DNA of 62,922 bases, the filler included, from Dirinaria sp. TL-2023a (taxonomy: Eukaryota): assembly GCA_051941275.1 (NCBI GenBank). It is 45 parts of 45 records of this genome, joined end to end, with 100 filler letters (N's around TTAATTAATTAA, not from the genome) between each part and the next. Parts side by side here need not be neighbours in the genome. Positions count along the whole stretch, not along the records: positions 38,052 to 39,344 come from JAVEBF010002828.1; positions 39,445 to 40,737 come from JAVEBF010002829.1; positions 40,838 to 42,130 come from JAVEBF010002830.1; positions 42,231 to 43,522 come from JAVEBF010002831.1; positions 43,623 to 44,914 come from JAVEBF010002832.1; positions 45,015 to 46,305 come from JAVEBF010002833.1; positions 46,406 to 47,695 come from JAVEBF010002834.1; positions 47,796 to 49,083 come from JAVEBF010002835.1; 37 more parts are not named here. One strand, written 5' to 3'. Below the pieces are notes generated by a model that worked only from the letters and a program-made list of their open reading frames with translations, was not told where the DNA came from and made no database searches. The position numbers and the translations under genes were made by a program. The number at the start of each line of letters is the position of its first letter. Position 1 is the first letter of the stretch. Below, piece by piece: positions 38,230 to 50,016 of the stretch.

Positions 38230-39343
38230 ATGAGGCATCGAAAGCACTTCGCTGTGATTTATCTTTATGCGATAGTTTGAGAAACAGAGACGCATCATGA
38301 TCAAGAAGACGTATCTTTTTGACTTTTGAACTTGATGATCACGTGATCAGTTCAAGTAGTTCAAGAGAATCTGATGTTTAGACATCTTGATCAGTTCAAA
38401 TAGTTTAAGAGAATCTGATGCTTGAATATCTTGAGCACTTAGCGTAGAAAGATTACTATATAGATCTTCAACACGACGCTTTTTTGACATCGTGTTCAAT
38501 CTCAGTTAACTTGTTTAGTACTGTTACAAGTATTAAGTATCTATCTTGTGTGATACTTGCCCTATCACGTTGACACTCGTTGCTTCTGAACTGAATCTCT
38601 CCAACAGACCAAACTCTAGCATCTCTTATTAGATACCTGGAAACCTAGATTGATAGTAGAAGACGCAACACAGATATGAGGGGGAAAGTAGTCTATGAGT
38701 GCTGAGGAACCTATATATAGGCATTAGTGATAACACTAGTGATCTAGGTGTTGAACCCCTGAACCCCTAACACTAGTGATCTAGGTGTAGAGGACCCCTA
38801 AACCCCTAAACACGAGTATTGAATTCTAAACCCGTGACATCATCTCCTTTTTTAGAATCGAGGCTCCGACGATGATTCTAGAAACTTGATTTTCTAACAA
38901 TTGCACTTTGTAAATCGCATGTTGTTGACTCATAGAAAGCTTTCGCGATAAAATATGAGATATCTTTTGTAGTCGATTTGCTGTGTGATATGAGATGTTT
39001 TTTGTAGTAAACTTATTGTATGATATGTTTCTTCAAATTCGACACTTCTACGATGATTTTAAAAATCGTCATCGTCATCGTCGTCGTCGTCGTCGTCGAT
39101 GCTATTGTCGTCATAGATATCGTTTCTCGTTTCGTTCTATAGATATTCTTTTTTTTTATTTGAATACTCTTTCTCGTTGTTCGAGTCTTGCTTATTTTCT
39201 TGATCTGAATGCTCTTTCTCATATTGATTTTTTTCTTTTGAGATAGCTCTCTCATCGCTCGACTTTTCTTTCTCGTTTGAATCTTTCTCATCTTTTGAGT
39301 ATTTCTCTTCTTCTAAGTATTCTGACTCATCGTTTAAGTAGTT
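38230..39343. mobile_element. LTR-C copy (ending 38670) next to another LTR (ending 38839) with PPT and degraded internal region
   Basis: GACGCAACA end; AAACCCGTGACA end shared with LTR-F; pyrimidine tract after 38839. Left boundary approximate. Confidence 0.65.
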
Positions 39344-39444
39344 CNNNNNNNNNNNNNNNNNNNNNNNNNNNNNNNNNNNNNNNNNNNNTTAATTAATTAA
39401 NNNNNNNNNNNNNNNNNNNNNNNNNNNNNNNNNNNNNNNNNNNN

Positions 39445-39934
39445 TTAGATAGGTTTCCCAATGGTAAAAGTCCCGGCACGGCCAAAAGACGAACTAAACC
39501 AAGTCAGCGACTTGGTGCCTATCTTACTACTTATGTTCCAGGATCGTAACATTACCCCGGTCCCTCGGCCTAGCTTCGTCCCGAAGCTAGCGTTGAGAGA
39601 AATGAGAGGGATTCAAGACCCTGTAGAGAGTGCTAGCTAACCAGAGTGACTCATGACGCTCAGGAATCAATGTACGCCTATCGGAACAAGTAATCGCCCC
39701 GAGCTTAGATAAGCTCTCAGCCGACAGGCCTCGCCGAAAAACAACCCTTCAAGCGTCCGGGCTGAGATTCGAACTCAGAACCTTGCGACCGTGTTGACTT
39801 GGTTTAATGTCAAAGACCCAACCTTGATTAGATAGGTTTCCCAATGGTAAAAGTCCCGGCACGGCCAAAAGACTAACTAAACCAAGTCAGCGACTTGGTG
39901 CCTATCTTACTACTTATGTTCCAGGATCGTAACA
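39445..39934 (-). mobile_element. TRIM-1, least-mutated copy (left LTR cut by contig edge)
   Basis: LTR end 39551, internal 39552-39807, LTR 39808-39934; colinear with 27001-27510. Confidence 0.94.
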
Positions 39935-40737
39935 GTTTAAAACATGGTCTCTTCGTCAATTGAAAAATTAACGATGAAAAAAATCCGAGTTTTTGTTATC
40001 GATGCTCGAGAATTTAATATTTGTTTAAATATCGTGATCTTATATCGTAAATCTTTTTATTATGAGATTTTTAATCTTGCAATTGCTTGATTTACTCGTG
40101 CAACGTCGACGAGTGCAAAGATAAAAATAATAAATAATGTAATATCAGAGTCTGCACAGCACTCAATGACATATGAGTACAATAAACTAAAACACTATTT
40201 ATGAAAAAGAAAAGAAAAGAAAATTTATTTATAAACAGATTTATTTGTGAAATCGAAACAACATCGACTCGAGAACGCTAAATTTAATCAGACAAAAACA
40301 CAACATCTTTAACAAAGTATTTGATATAGACCTTTCCGCACACATATGTGATATTCAGAGGCTCTGCTTCAAGATTCAGGAGATCATTTGATCTAGTCAT
40401 GTGATTAGGTTCATAAGGGTCTGAATCATAACATCTTCAAAGAAACATTTTATATAATTTTTTCAAAAATCATTTTTTGAGACAACGTTAACTGACTCTG
40501 AAAAATTCTTATTGACTTGACAAATCTTCGAAGGAATCTTGTTCTAACAGTAACGAGGACGTTGTTTGTTGGAGAAAGAGGATAGTGTTACGAGTATGTA
40601 TTTGGACTTGGTAGATTTGGTGTGGTGGTACTAGTTTTACCCTATTGGATATAGGGTCCCGGGTGGTCAGTCGGCCCGCCTTAGGGTCCCAATACACACA
40701 CAACTATTTAGGCCCCCTATTGTATCTAGCTTTCCTT
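39935..40737. mobile_element. Degraded family E 5' end, and a B-related 3' LTR starting at 40586 after a PPT
   Basis: 40080-40210 aligns to 25822-25950; GGAGAAAGAGGATAG|TGTTACGAG. Confidence 0.7.
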
Positions 40738-40839
40738 NNNNNNNNNNNNNNNNNNNNNNNNNNNNNNNNNNNNNNNNNNNNTTAATTAATTAANNNNNNN
40801 NNNNNNNNNNNNNNNNNNNNNNNNNNNNNNNNNNNNNAT

Positions 40840-40840
<1 letters not shown>

Positions 40841-40884
<44 letters not shown>
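40841..40884 (-). repeat. Poly(T) tract of about 44 nt, possibly a retroposon poly(A) tail
   Basis: Homopolymer at contig start; the adjacent sequence was not identified. Confidence 0.6.
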
Positions 40885-40885
<1 letters not shown>

Positions 40886-43800
40886 AGAGGACTCAGACCG
40901 TGAGCAGTCTATAACATCCTGGCATCGATTCCGCTATATCGAGACCAAATTTTTGAGATTGATAGAAAGGATTACGAAAAGCAATAAACACCCAATGATA
41001 TCATCTAATCAATATTATCTACACCATCAGGGACGTTTTAACTCTCAAGATACAGTGCTTATATCTACTACCCTCATTCTCGCTTTTGAGAAGCTCGAGA
41101 TCAATTTATATCCAAGATCAGAAAGTAGTTGTATCACTTCCTCCTCATCCTCATTACTATTTGAACCAACCGCGAATATCGTTCTGTATCACCTGAGCAG
41201 CTGCAAAAGTGTATCAACGCAGCAGGTGCCGAGAGTTGAGCATGAAGAGCTAATACTCTCTACATGCACTTGTCCCTGATCAACTCTATTCGTCCATCTC
41301 TTGGCAACGGTCATCTCGTTTCTCCCGATATCTTTCTTTTGACCCCTTCGAGCCGCAACAAACCAGTATTTTCAAAGACTCATCATAGATCAAAGCGCGG
41401 AATGGGCTGGTTCTAATTTTCAGCAAAAGAGAAAAAAAAAAGGACAAAAATAAAAAATAGAAGAAAAAGAAGGGGGGAAAAAACTTCTAACTTCTTCTTT
41501 AGTTGACATAATAATCTATTATAAGTAAAGTTATTAGTTATGACATTAATATTTTACTCTTTATTCAGCCACTATTGCACCCCATTTCACTAGCTTTTGA
41601 ACTCATACCAGCATCTACTTCCCTTTTCTTCCTCTATTTTCCAGTCCCTCACCAACTGGGCGAGAGTCTACGTGAGCTCGACTCTCAGCAGAAACCAAGA
41701 AAAGCATTACCTCTAGCATCTTCTCCTACCGTACCATCGACCAATCTGAGCAGTCAGTCAACACTTCCTCATCTCACTCTATCCTCTGACAGTTATCAGC
41801 GCTCTTCACTGACCTCTTAAACTCTATTAAACTCGATCTCCTGGTTCCATATATCATCTTTCCGACCAAGTCTAGACAATGAAATTGAATTGCCAAGGAC
41901 TCACCATCAAGCATCGACTCGCCTGGAAGAAAAAAAAGAGACGAAAGGCCCATCATCTCCCTCCAGGATCTCCCTTTCACCTTCTTTATCTCATTCACGA
42001 ACAGCACGTTCTTCAGATTTGATTTTCGACAATTAGTTTGATCTGTGAGTATGAACCTGTCAGTGAATGAAAAAACGAGTGAAAAAAATCGGTCAGCTAT
42101 TTTTTCGTCTCACTCTGATCACGACTTTTCNNNNNNNNNNNNNNNNNNNNNNNNNNNNNNNNNNNNNNNNNNNNTTAATTAATTAANNNNNNNNNNNNNN
42201 NNNNNNNNNNNNNNNNNNNNNNNNNNNNNNGGCTACGGCACCGCGATCGTCTGCGCCGACGACCCCTATACTTGGTTCCTGGGGTAGAGCGGCACTTGGA
42301 GAAATCGGGCAATCGACGGGTTCGGTCGGAGGTTGGGGCATGCAAGGGTCCAAGCGACTTTGCGTTTCTGCTTTTTCAGAGGGAGGGTCTCGAGGGGTCG
42401 CAAGGCCAAATATAGTCTCCACGCTCGTAACCCTAGTGGAATCGCCGTTCTTATTGGGCTTTTCATCATCGCCGGCCCCGTCGTCGTCATCGTCTCCAAT
42501 CACTGAAGGATTCTCTGAAGTATATTAGAAAAGGCTTGGAGACTGGTCAGAATAGTAGAGGAACTTACCTTGGCTGCCGCCGGTCTCACTGGATCGACTT
42601 GGGCTTGCCGCTGTGTTCTCGCTTTGCTGGAAGTCTCGCCAGGAGGGTGGCACTCTGAAGACGGGCTCAGGCAGCGCCCGGATCCGTGCGAACTCGAGTT
42701 GCTCATCTCTTTATCGGTACTATCTGTCGCGTCGACAGGGTCTTTTGAAAATTGTCAGCCGCGGTGTTTAGCGATAGAGCCTGTAGGTCGCCCTGTAGAC
42801 TCACCGAGACCCCTGATTGTCGCTACGAATCGAGAAGGGAAGGGGGATATTACCGAATTTGCGGAAACCGCATTCTAGAATCCTTGTCTGCTCACGTCTC
42901 GAAAGCTCTTTCGTAAAAACAGCTGCAAGCCACATCACTGTCACTGCGGCCGACCAGCAAATGATGTTCACGCCATCATGTGCCAAGTTATGCGTAGTAC
43001 AGGAAACGCTCTTTCGCAGGACTATCAGCTCCTCTAAATGAGAGTGGCGTTGATCTCGCTTACAACACATTGAGACCGGCTCCCTCTTCACGATATCAGC
43101 TACATCTTCTTTGGATGTCAATCGCAAACAACCAACCAATGAGAAGAGGACTTGGCACTTGCATCACCAATACAATCTGTATTGAATGAAGGATATTCGC
43201 AGCCTTTTGACCAGCCCCGATTAGCTGCCCAGAATGACCGGGTCTCAAAGGACGGATTTGTGGCGTTATTAAACCAAGCTAAAAAGTCACATGGAGCATC
43301 TGTACTTCCAAGCTACACGCAGTCCTTGGAAGAAGAGTTCTCCCTACAGCTAGCTGCATGTCACATATCGCTTTGTGCACCGCAATAAAGTAAGCCCACA
43401 CCCTCTCCGTCTGATCTATCTCTTCGCAATCCTCAAATTTACAATCACCTCTCAACAAATATGTCTACCGAACGAACATTAGCAGACAAGCTCATACTTG
43501 GGTTAGGCGATCTTCCTTATCTNNNNNNNNNNNNNNNNNNNNNNNNNNNNNNNNNNNNNNNNNNNNTTAATTAATTAANNNNNNNNNNNNNNNNNNNNNN
43601 NNNNNNNNNNNNNNNNNNNNNNTAACGTTAGATAGAATAATCGTCTCATCGCTCACAGAATCAGATCGTGATCCGCTCTACATTCTCGTTTGATCATACG
43701 CAACGCTCGCCCGCTTGACTTCGACTTTTCTTTGTAAACTGACTAGACTTCGAATTGTTGCAAGTGACGATCGTCATCGAGAACGATTCGAACAGAAGAA

Positions 43801-44029
43801 CGATTCGAACAGAAAAACAATTCTAAAGTAGCAGAAAATGAGAAGATGAAAGAGAGTGATAAAACGATTTAATGTCAGGAAAAAAAGCTGTTTTCTTTTG
43901 TCAACATTTTGTCACTGCAAGATCTGAAATCTTGACAGTTTTAGTGGATTTTTATGTCAAGATTCCAGATGTTCCAGGTCTTTCAGGTCTTTCAGATCTT
44001 CCAGGATTTTTCGAAAATCCTAATCTGAA

Positions 44030-44772
44030 TACCCCTAAGAGAGAGATTAGCTAGGACAAGCCAGACCGAGAAAAGCCACAGCAGAGTCTTTGCATCAAAC
44101 ATATCCTCCAGAGTCCCAGCTACAAATATGGATGGCGTTGCAGAGAGGAGGCCCGTCATGAATCTTCAGACGAAAACTGCGGCAATGGAGTGAGCAGTGC
44201 CAACTGGAATGCTAAATATTAAAAACGTGACATCGACACGACGTACAAGGGTTTCCTGCCACATGATTCCGAGTATGGCGGGAAGCAAACACCTCCGATA
44301 GCTTGCCCGAAGAAGTACCTTCGCAAGGAGTTCCTTAATGTCATATTTCCCCTCTTTTTCCGTGACTGGCTACTTACGATGATGTGAATGCAAGTAGTGC
44401 CATGGTTCTCGTGGTTTTATACTCCCTGCTAGCAGGTTCGGCTGCAGAAGTCTATCCCAAATAAGTCAAGAATTGTTTTGAGCCATGGATACAACCCCAT
44501 GAAACCTACCCCTACTGTTCCGGCTGCAGTTCTGTAGTATGTGAGTGTTAAGACAAAGCGCTGCTTTCGGGTTGAGTATATGTGGCCACTAGGAATATTA
44601 CCACGGCTGCAGTGTATACTATTTTCTTCACCGGCCAATCCCTTGGGCGTTTGACACAATCCTTTTCCCATCGAACAGTATCCTCGTTCACGATCTTTAG
44701 GCCTTGCTCGTGGAGCATTTCTGAAAGTCTGTGAGTGGGAAGCGGGCTCGCCGCGAGAGCTGGGCTGCTCAT
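44030..44772 (-). pseudogene. MFS drug:H+ antiporter-like pseudogene, truncated by a repeat
   Basis: RPRDWPVKK..., GQAIGGVCFPPYSESCGRKPLY, then a frameshift, AVFV*RFMTGL and GTLEDMFD. Confidence 0.75.
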
Positions 44773-45014
44773 GATAATGATGCAAATCGAAGCACGCAGA
44801 CGCTGGAGCCTGAGTGAGTAACAAGAGTTACCGCTGATAATGGCAACTAGTCAACTATGCTGGCCTCGGGGCCACCTGTGACCTCGCACCACGCTGAAGA
44901 TCATAGAGAAAAGGNNNNNNNNNNNNNNNNNNNNNNNNNNNNNNNNNNNNNNNNNNNNTTAATTAATTAANNNNNNNNNNNNNNNNNNNNNNNNNNNNNN
45001 NNNNNNNNNNNNNN

Positions 45015-45081
45015 AGTCTTTTGGCGCTGCCGGGACTTTTACCATTGGGAAACCTATCTAACCAAGGTTGGGTCTTTGACA
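45015..45081 (+). mobile_element. Partial LTR-A in the family D 3' internal region
   Basis: Ends GGGTCTTTGACA; the following sequence matches 7867 onward. Confidence 0.88.
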
Positions 45082-45198
45082 TTAAAATGCGTCAGAGAAC
45101 TCTTTTTCTCTCTTATTTTTACTGAGTTGAGAGATTTTTAATGAGCTTCAAATAAATCGCAAATGCACTGACGATCAGTGCTCAGAAGAGAGAACAAA

Positions 45199-45996
45199 TG
45201 TAACAGTAATATCTGATATATTGATATATATTAATCAATGCAGACTAGCGCCGCTTAATAGTCGAAGATGCTTAGAGATAATTCTTCGAGATTTAAAGTA
45301 TGACAAACATCGTCTAGAAGTCAGCGTCGAAAGATTAAATCTCGAGACTGACTAAAAGTCAGTGAGCAGTTGACGCTTATAGAGTATTGTGTCTACGAGC
45401 GCTCGTGATTCGTCAGCGCGGAACTCGTCACGATGAGATAATGTTAACGCTCGCGATTAAGTATAGATGTCAGGGATCTAGGCTGCATAGATAGATATGA
45501 TATTGACTGTTAGAACCGGTGCAGAGCAAGTCAATGCAGGTATAGTTAACTAAGGTATTATCACTAAGGAAGGAAAGAAGAAGAAGAGAAGCTAGATACA
45601 ATGGGGGTCCCAGATATATACGCGTGCGGATGTCGCGTACCCCGATCGGGTTAGCGCATTACCCCTGAGAACCCTGGGAGGTGTTGCCCCAGGTAGTATA
45701 CCAGGTGCATGCTCGTAACATTGACGAGAATACTAGCTATACAGAACTAAGATACATGGGGGCGAGGTTTAAGTAGAAACCTCGTCCGCTAGCGCTCCCG
45801 AGGCTCCTCCGAGGGAGCTCCAACACTATCGCACTAAACCCGTGACAATAGAGAATTATTTACTCTTTCGAAGAGAGGTTCTTAGTGATTAATTCTAGCA
45901 GAAAATACAGTATCAGATAGTCATATAATCTATTACACTGCCACGTCTTTCACATAAATACTACGCCGGCGGGTAATCGGCGCATACGACCTTATA
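45199..45996 (+). mobile_element. LTR-D containing solo LTR-F (45468-45847), which contains solo LTR-B (45508-45720)
   Basis: TSD ATAGA around F, TSD TTGAC around B; D resumes colinearly afterwards. Confidence 0.93.
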
Positions 45997-46305
45997 TAAC
46001 ATTTCGAGAAAAATAATTTTCTGCATATGAAATTCACATTTTTGAATATTCATTTGCAAATCGACGTCAATTAGTTTTCGTAATATTAGACGTATATGTT
46101 TTACATATTTTTTACGAGTTTTGTTATAAATCAAAATATCGTTCAAATATATTAACACGAAATCATTAATATATTTTTATAACACGTCGTTTATGTAGTC
46201 TTAATAGTTTGACGAGTCGTTAATTAATTCAAAAAAAACACATGATATTTGTAAACATTTAATAAAATGATAAAAATTATGAGTTTTTTATTATCAGAGT
46301 GCATA
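45997..46305 (-). mobile_element. Degraded Gypsy RT fragment
   Basis: LIYLNDILIY...QKCEFH (mutated YLDD). Confidence 0.88.
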
Positions 46306-46405
46306 NNNNNNNNNNNNNNNNNNNNNNNNNNNNNNNNNNNNNNNNNNNNTTAATTAATTAANNNNNNNNNNNNNNNNNNNNNNNNNNNNNNNNNNNNNNN
46401 NNNNN

Positions 46406-47694
46406 GTGTTTACGGATTCGGATTTTGAAGGCTTGAAGCGAGTTGGCCGAGGAAGCAAACGCGACGACCCGACGACTATCGGAAAATTTGGAAGAGGCTC
46501 TCAGACAATGTATCATTGGACAGACGTGCCGATGATATTATCTGGACGCCATCTTCTCATCTTGGAGTGAGATGTCTTACCCCGGATGAGAGGATTTTTT
46601 GACTGACATTGCCTTAGTCCTCTACGGCAATATCTACCTTTCAACTATCGCACTCGGCAGAAGAAGCCTGGCGTCAAGGTCAAATATACCAAACTTAAAC
46701 CCACCTACCAAGATCAACTTGCTCCATTCGAGGGGTTGTGGGGCTTCAATAGCGACAAAGATTTCTACGACGGTACCATCTTTCGCTTTCCCCTACGCGG
46801 CAAGGGAGCTGGGTCAGAATTGCTGGAGTCTCTGCACTGTCCAGATTTGATGATGACTGTTGAGATGTTGCGAAATTGTCTAGATGAGGCGCGATTGACG
46901 CTTCTGTTCTTACGAAACATCAATTGCATTGACTTTCGCGTCAGGCACGACCCGAATTTTGAGTGGAGAGTCAGCCGTGGAAATTGGCCGGAGAGCGGCA
47001 CGTTTTCTGACTGGGCTTATGTCATTGTCGAGCATTGCAATTCTCAGGATGAATGGTTACATACAACGGAGCGATGGTGGCGCGTGATCGTGGATGTGCA
47101 TGACGCCCCAGCCGATCTTCAATATCGACACAAACGAAGCATGAAATACGTCGAGTGTGGAATCGCAGCACACGTTCCAAGAGATGGAGAAACTAAAGGG
47201 CCTCTGAACTGTCTGAAATCTAAATTCTTCAACTGCGTTCCGCTCAAATTTGAATCGACTTTACCTGTACAGGTCCACGCGACATTTCTCCTCTCAGGTG
47301 ATCGACAGAATATTGCAACTGAAGAAACATCACAAGATGCTGGTTCGGATTGGAATAAGTGGCTTCTGAAGAAGAAGATTCCACAGGTCTACCTCCAGTT
47401 TCTCGAAGACGTGGGAAGAAAGATCGGCCACGCTGTATATGATTATTTCCCGATCGAAACCAAACAAAGGCAGCAGAGTCTGTCAGATCTTATCCGAACG
47501 GCCTTTTGGGAAGAAGTCAAATCTTCTCATCACCGAGTATTCCCTGTCGTGGAGCCTCTCCAGGTTGAGGGTACAAAGAAAAATAGTGCAGTGAGAACAA
47601 AATGTCGCCAAGCCCCAAGGATGGTGGAGGCTAAACGGGCCGTATTCGACATCCTTGACAAGCAAAGATCCCATGCCTTTCGACCACTGCTGTC
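46406..47694 (+). CDS. Sacsin-like GHKL/HATPase-domain protein, internal fragment; intron 46567-46617
   Basis: FTDSDFEGL..VGRGSK....IGKFGRG...MYHWTDVPMILSG...LDP; GTIFRFPLR; LLFLRNI; LPVQVHATFLLSGDRQNI; WNKWLL. Confidence 0.88.
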
Positions 47695-49247
47695 ANNNNN
47701 NNNNNNNNNNNNNNNNNNNNNNNNNNNNNNNNNNNNNNNTTAATTAATTAANNNNNNNNNNNNNNNNNNNNNNNNNNNNNNNNNNNNNNNNNNNNAGGAT
47801 ACACAGAACACACTGAGGCTTTTAAAACAGACTGGTAACTATTTTGGGTGGATCTCTTATCTATCTTGTGTAAAGTTCTTTGCGAAATCCACATTTTTTT
47901 GCGCTTAATCTACCGAGCATACTGGCGTACATGGACGATGCTATTTCACGTTCTCCATCAGTACGATTTGTTTGCTAGTCAATAACCATATCAGCGTGAA
48001 CAGCACCTAGTCTTGCATAACTTGAAATATGTTTCGGGCCAAGTTTTCGAACTAAAAAAATCAAAGGCTTGATCAGAAACACCTCTCGTCCTTCCCAAGC
48101 ACTCGATAAGATTGGCTTATGTCTTGATATTAAAAGGCAATATGCCGTAATGAGATAGCAATCACCCAAACTCCATATAAACCAGTCAACCGAAGGTAAT
48201 TAGCACTCACTCAACTAAGCATCAGCTAGCATAGTGGAGTTCATGTGTTGCTGACACAATATATACGATAAAAAAGAATGCAAGTGCATGAAACGCGAAT
48301 ACAGAAAATATATCCCTTACTACCCGGCTTGACACTTCACCACAGTAAATTCATTTCTCAATGGGATCTAAAATGGTTGGAAAAAGGGCTGGGGGAAAGA
48401 ATCTCAAAAAGAAACAAACCAAACACCACCCCCCTTCCTCCCTTGTTCCTCCAGCAAAGCCTGCCTGATATCTAAAGCAGCCAGCCAGCCACCTATACCA
48501 CAAACTCTCTGAATCATCCTCGCGAACATATCTTCCAATCAAAATATCCATTCCATTCCCCCCCGGTGTTTGTTCCTACCAAGGTCAAAAAAGACACCGT
48601 CTTCCCTCTCCTTTCTTTTTTCTACCCTGTTTTCTACAACATCTCATTCGCCCCCGCCCCCAATATTCTTCTACAATACTTCCCCCTTCTTATCCATAAT
48701 ATGAAAATTCAGATCAAGAAACACATTTCTCTATACATGGTATATAACCCCTGCCTGGAAATCTCAAAAACCAATCTACCTCCTTTTGCATAATCCACAT
48801 TTATTTCCATTCGTCCCTCAATTTCCAGAATCAATTCCACATACACATACATTCAGGTTCTCTTCTACCAAGGAAAATAGGTTTTTGCACTTGAGAATGT
48901 TTCGTCTCTTCTCTCTTCTCTTCTATCTTTAATTTTTTTTTTCTTGTCTTCGCCTTCCGTTCTGATTTGAAAATGATATATACTGACATAGCTGGCAGGC
49001 AGGCAGGCCGGCAGGGCCCAGCTCGACGAAACAATAAGTCAGGAGTCTGTTCCCACTGCAGGCGCACGTAGTTAGTTAGTTGGNNNNNNNNNNNNNNNNN
49101 NNNNNNNNNNNNNNNNNNNNNNNNNNNTTAATTAATTAANNNNNNNNNNNNNNNNNNNNNNNNNNNNNNNNNNNNNNNNNNNNTTCATAGATAGTGTCCT
49201 ACTCTATTCGTACCCATATGCCATTGAGCGCTGTGCAGACCCTACCA

Positions 49248-50016
49248 TTGTCGCTCACACAGCATCGTTTCTCGAATTTTGAACAATATCGACAAAGACG
49301 CATTACGATGACGCTGTTTTTTAAAAAATGAACGCGAGCACGACGACGAATGAAAAAAAACATAGAGATCATGTTCTCGAAACGAGAACTTGAGAGAGAG
49401 AAAATGATATTACGAGTCAGACTGACGTGATTTTATATACGCACTCAGTCGAATCAGAAAACATGTTAAATCGATGTTTATGACGTCAAAATTATTGAGC
49501 AGTGACTGATAAAGCTCGACATTATGAGCAGAGTGAGCAGCGACTCATGAAACTCGACATGATGAGCAGAATGAGCAGAGATGCTTAAGATGCTCAGACA
49601 ATTGAGTTTCATGATGCTCAGAGTGTTACGACCCTGGAACGCCTAAGTAGTAAGATAGGCACCAAGTCCCTTGACTTGGTTTAGTTAGTCTTTTGGCGCT
49701 GCCGGGACTTTTACCATTGGGAAACCTATCTAACCAAGGTTGGGTCTTTGACACAGAGTACTTAGATGATTGAGCATCGTGAGCATAAGAGATCTCATTG
49801 TATATATAGATCTTCAACACGACGTTTTTTTAGCATCGTGTTCAACATCTTTGCAATAGCTATTTACTGCTCAGAGTAACTTGTATCTTGTTATAATATT
49901 GTTATATTATCTCGAAGACATTCGTTGTTTCTTGACAGATCTCTTCAACAGATCAAACCCTAGCATCTTTTCTGTTTAGGACCTAATCCTAGATATTAGA
50001 TCGATAGGACGCAACA
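49248..50016 (+). mobile_element. Chromovirus 3' end: antisense ORF start, PPT, LTR-C (49408-50016) holding solo LTR-A (49624-49753)
   Basis: GAGAGAGAGAAAATGA purine tract; TSD CAGAG around LTR-A; the right flank continues as LTR-B (50017-50220). Confidence 0.88.

Noticed and set aside
38730..38812. Telomeric repeats (ACCCCTAA-like)
   Set aside because: Only a few imperfect units inside an LTR tandem duplication; no (CCCTAA)n array.
45082..45090. TTAAA after LTR-A as the start of a TRIM-1 PBS
   Set aside because: The sequence continues as family D internal DNA (TTAGAATGCGTC at 7867), so it is target sequence.
2850..47694. Spo11-like plus GHKL ATPase as a Topo VI-like two-gene system
   Set aside because: They lie on different contigs with no linkage, and the GHKL protein is sacsin-type rather than Top6B.
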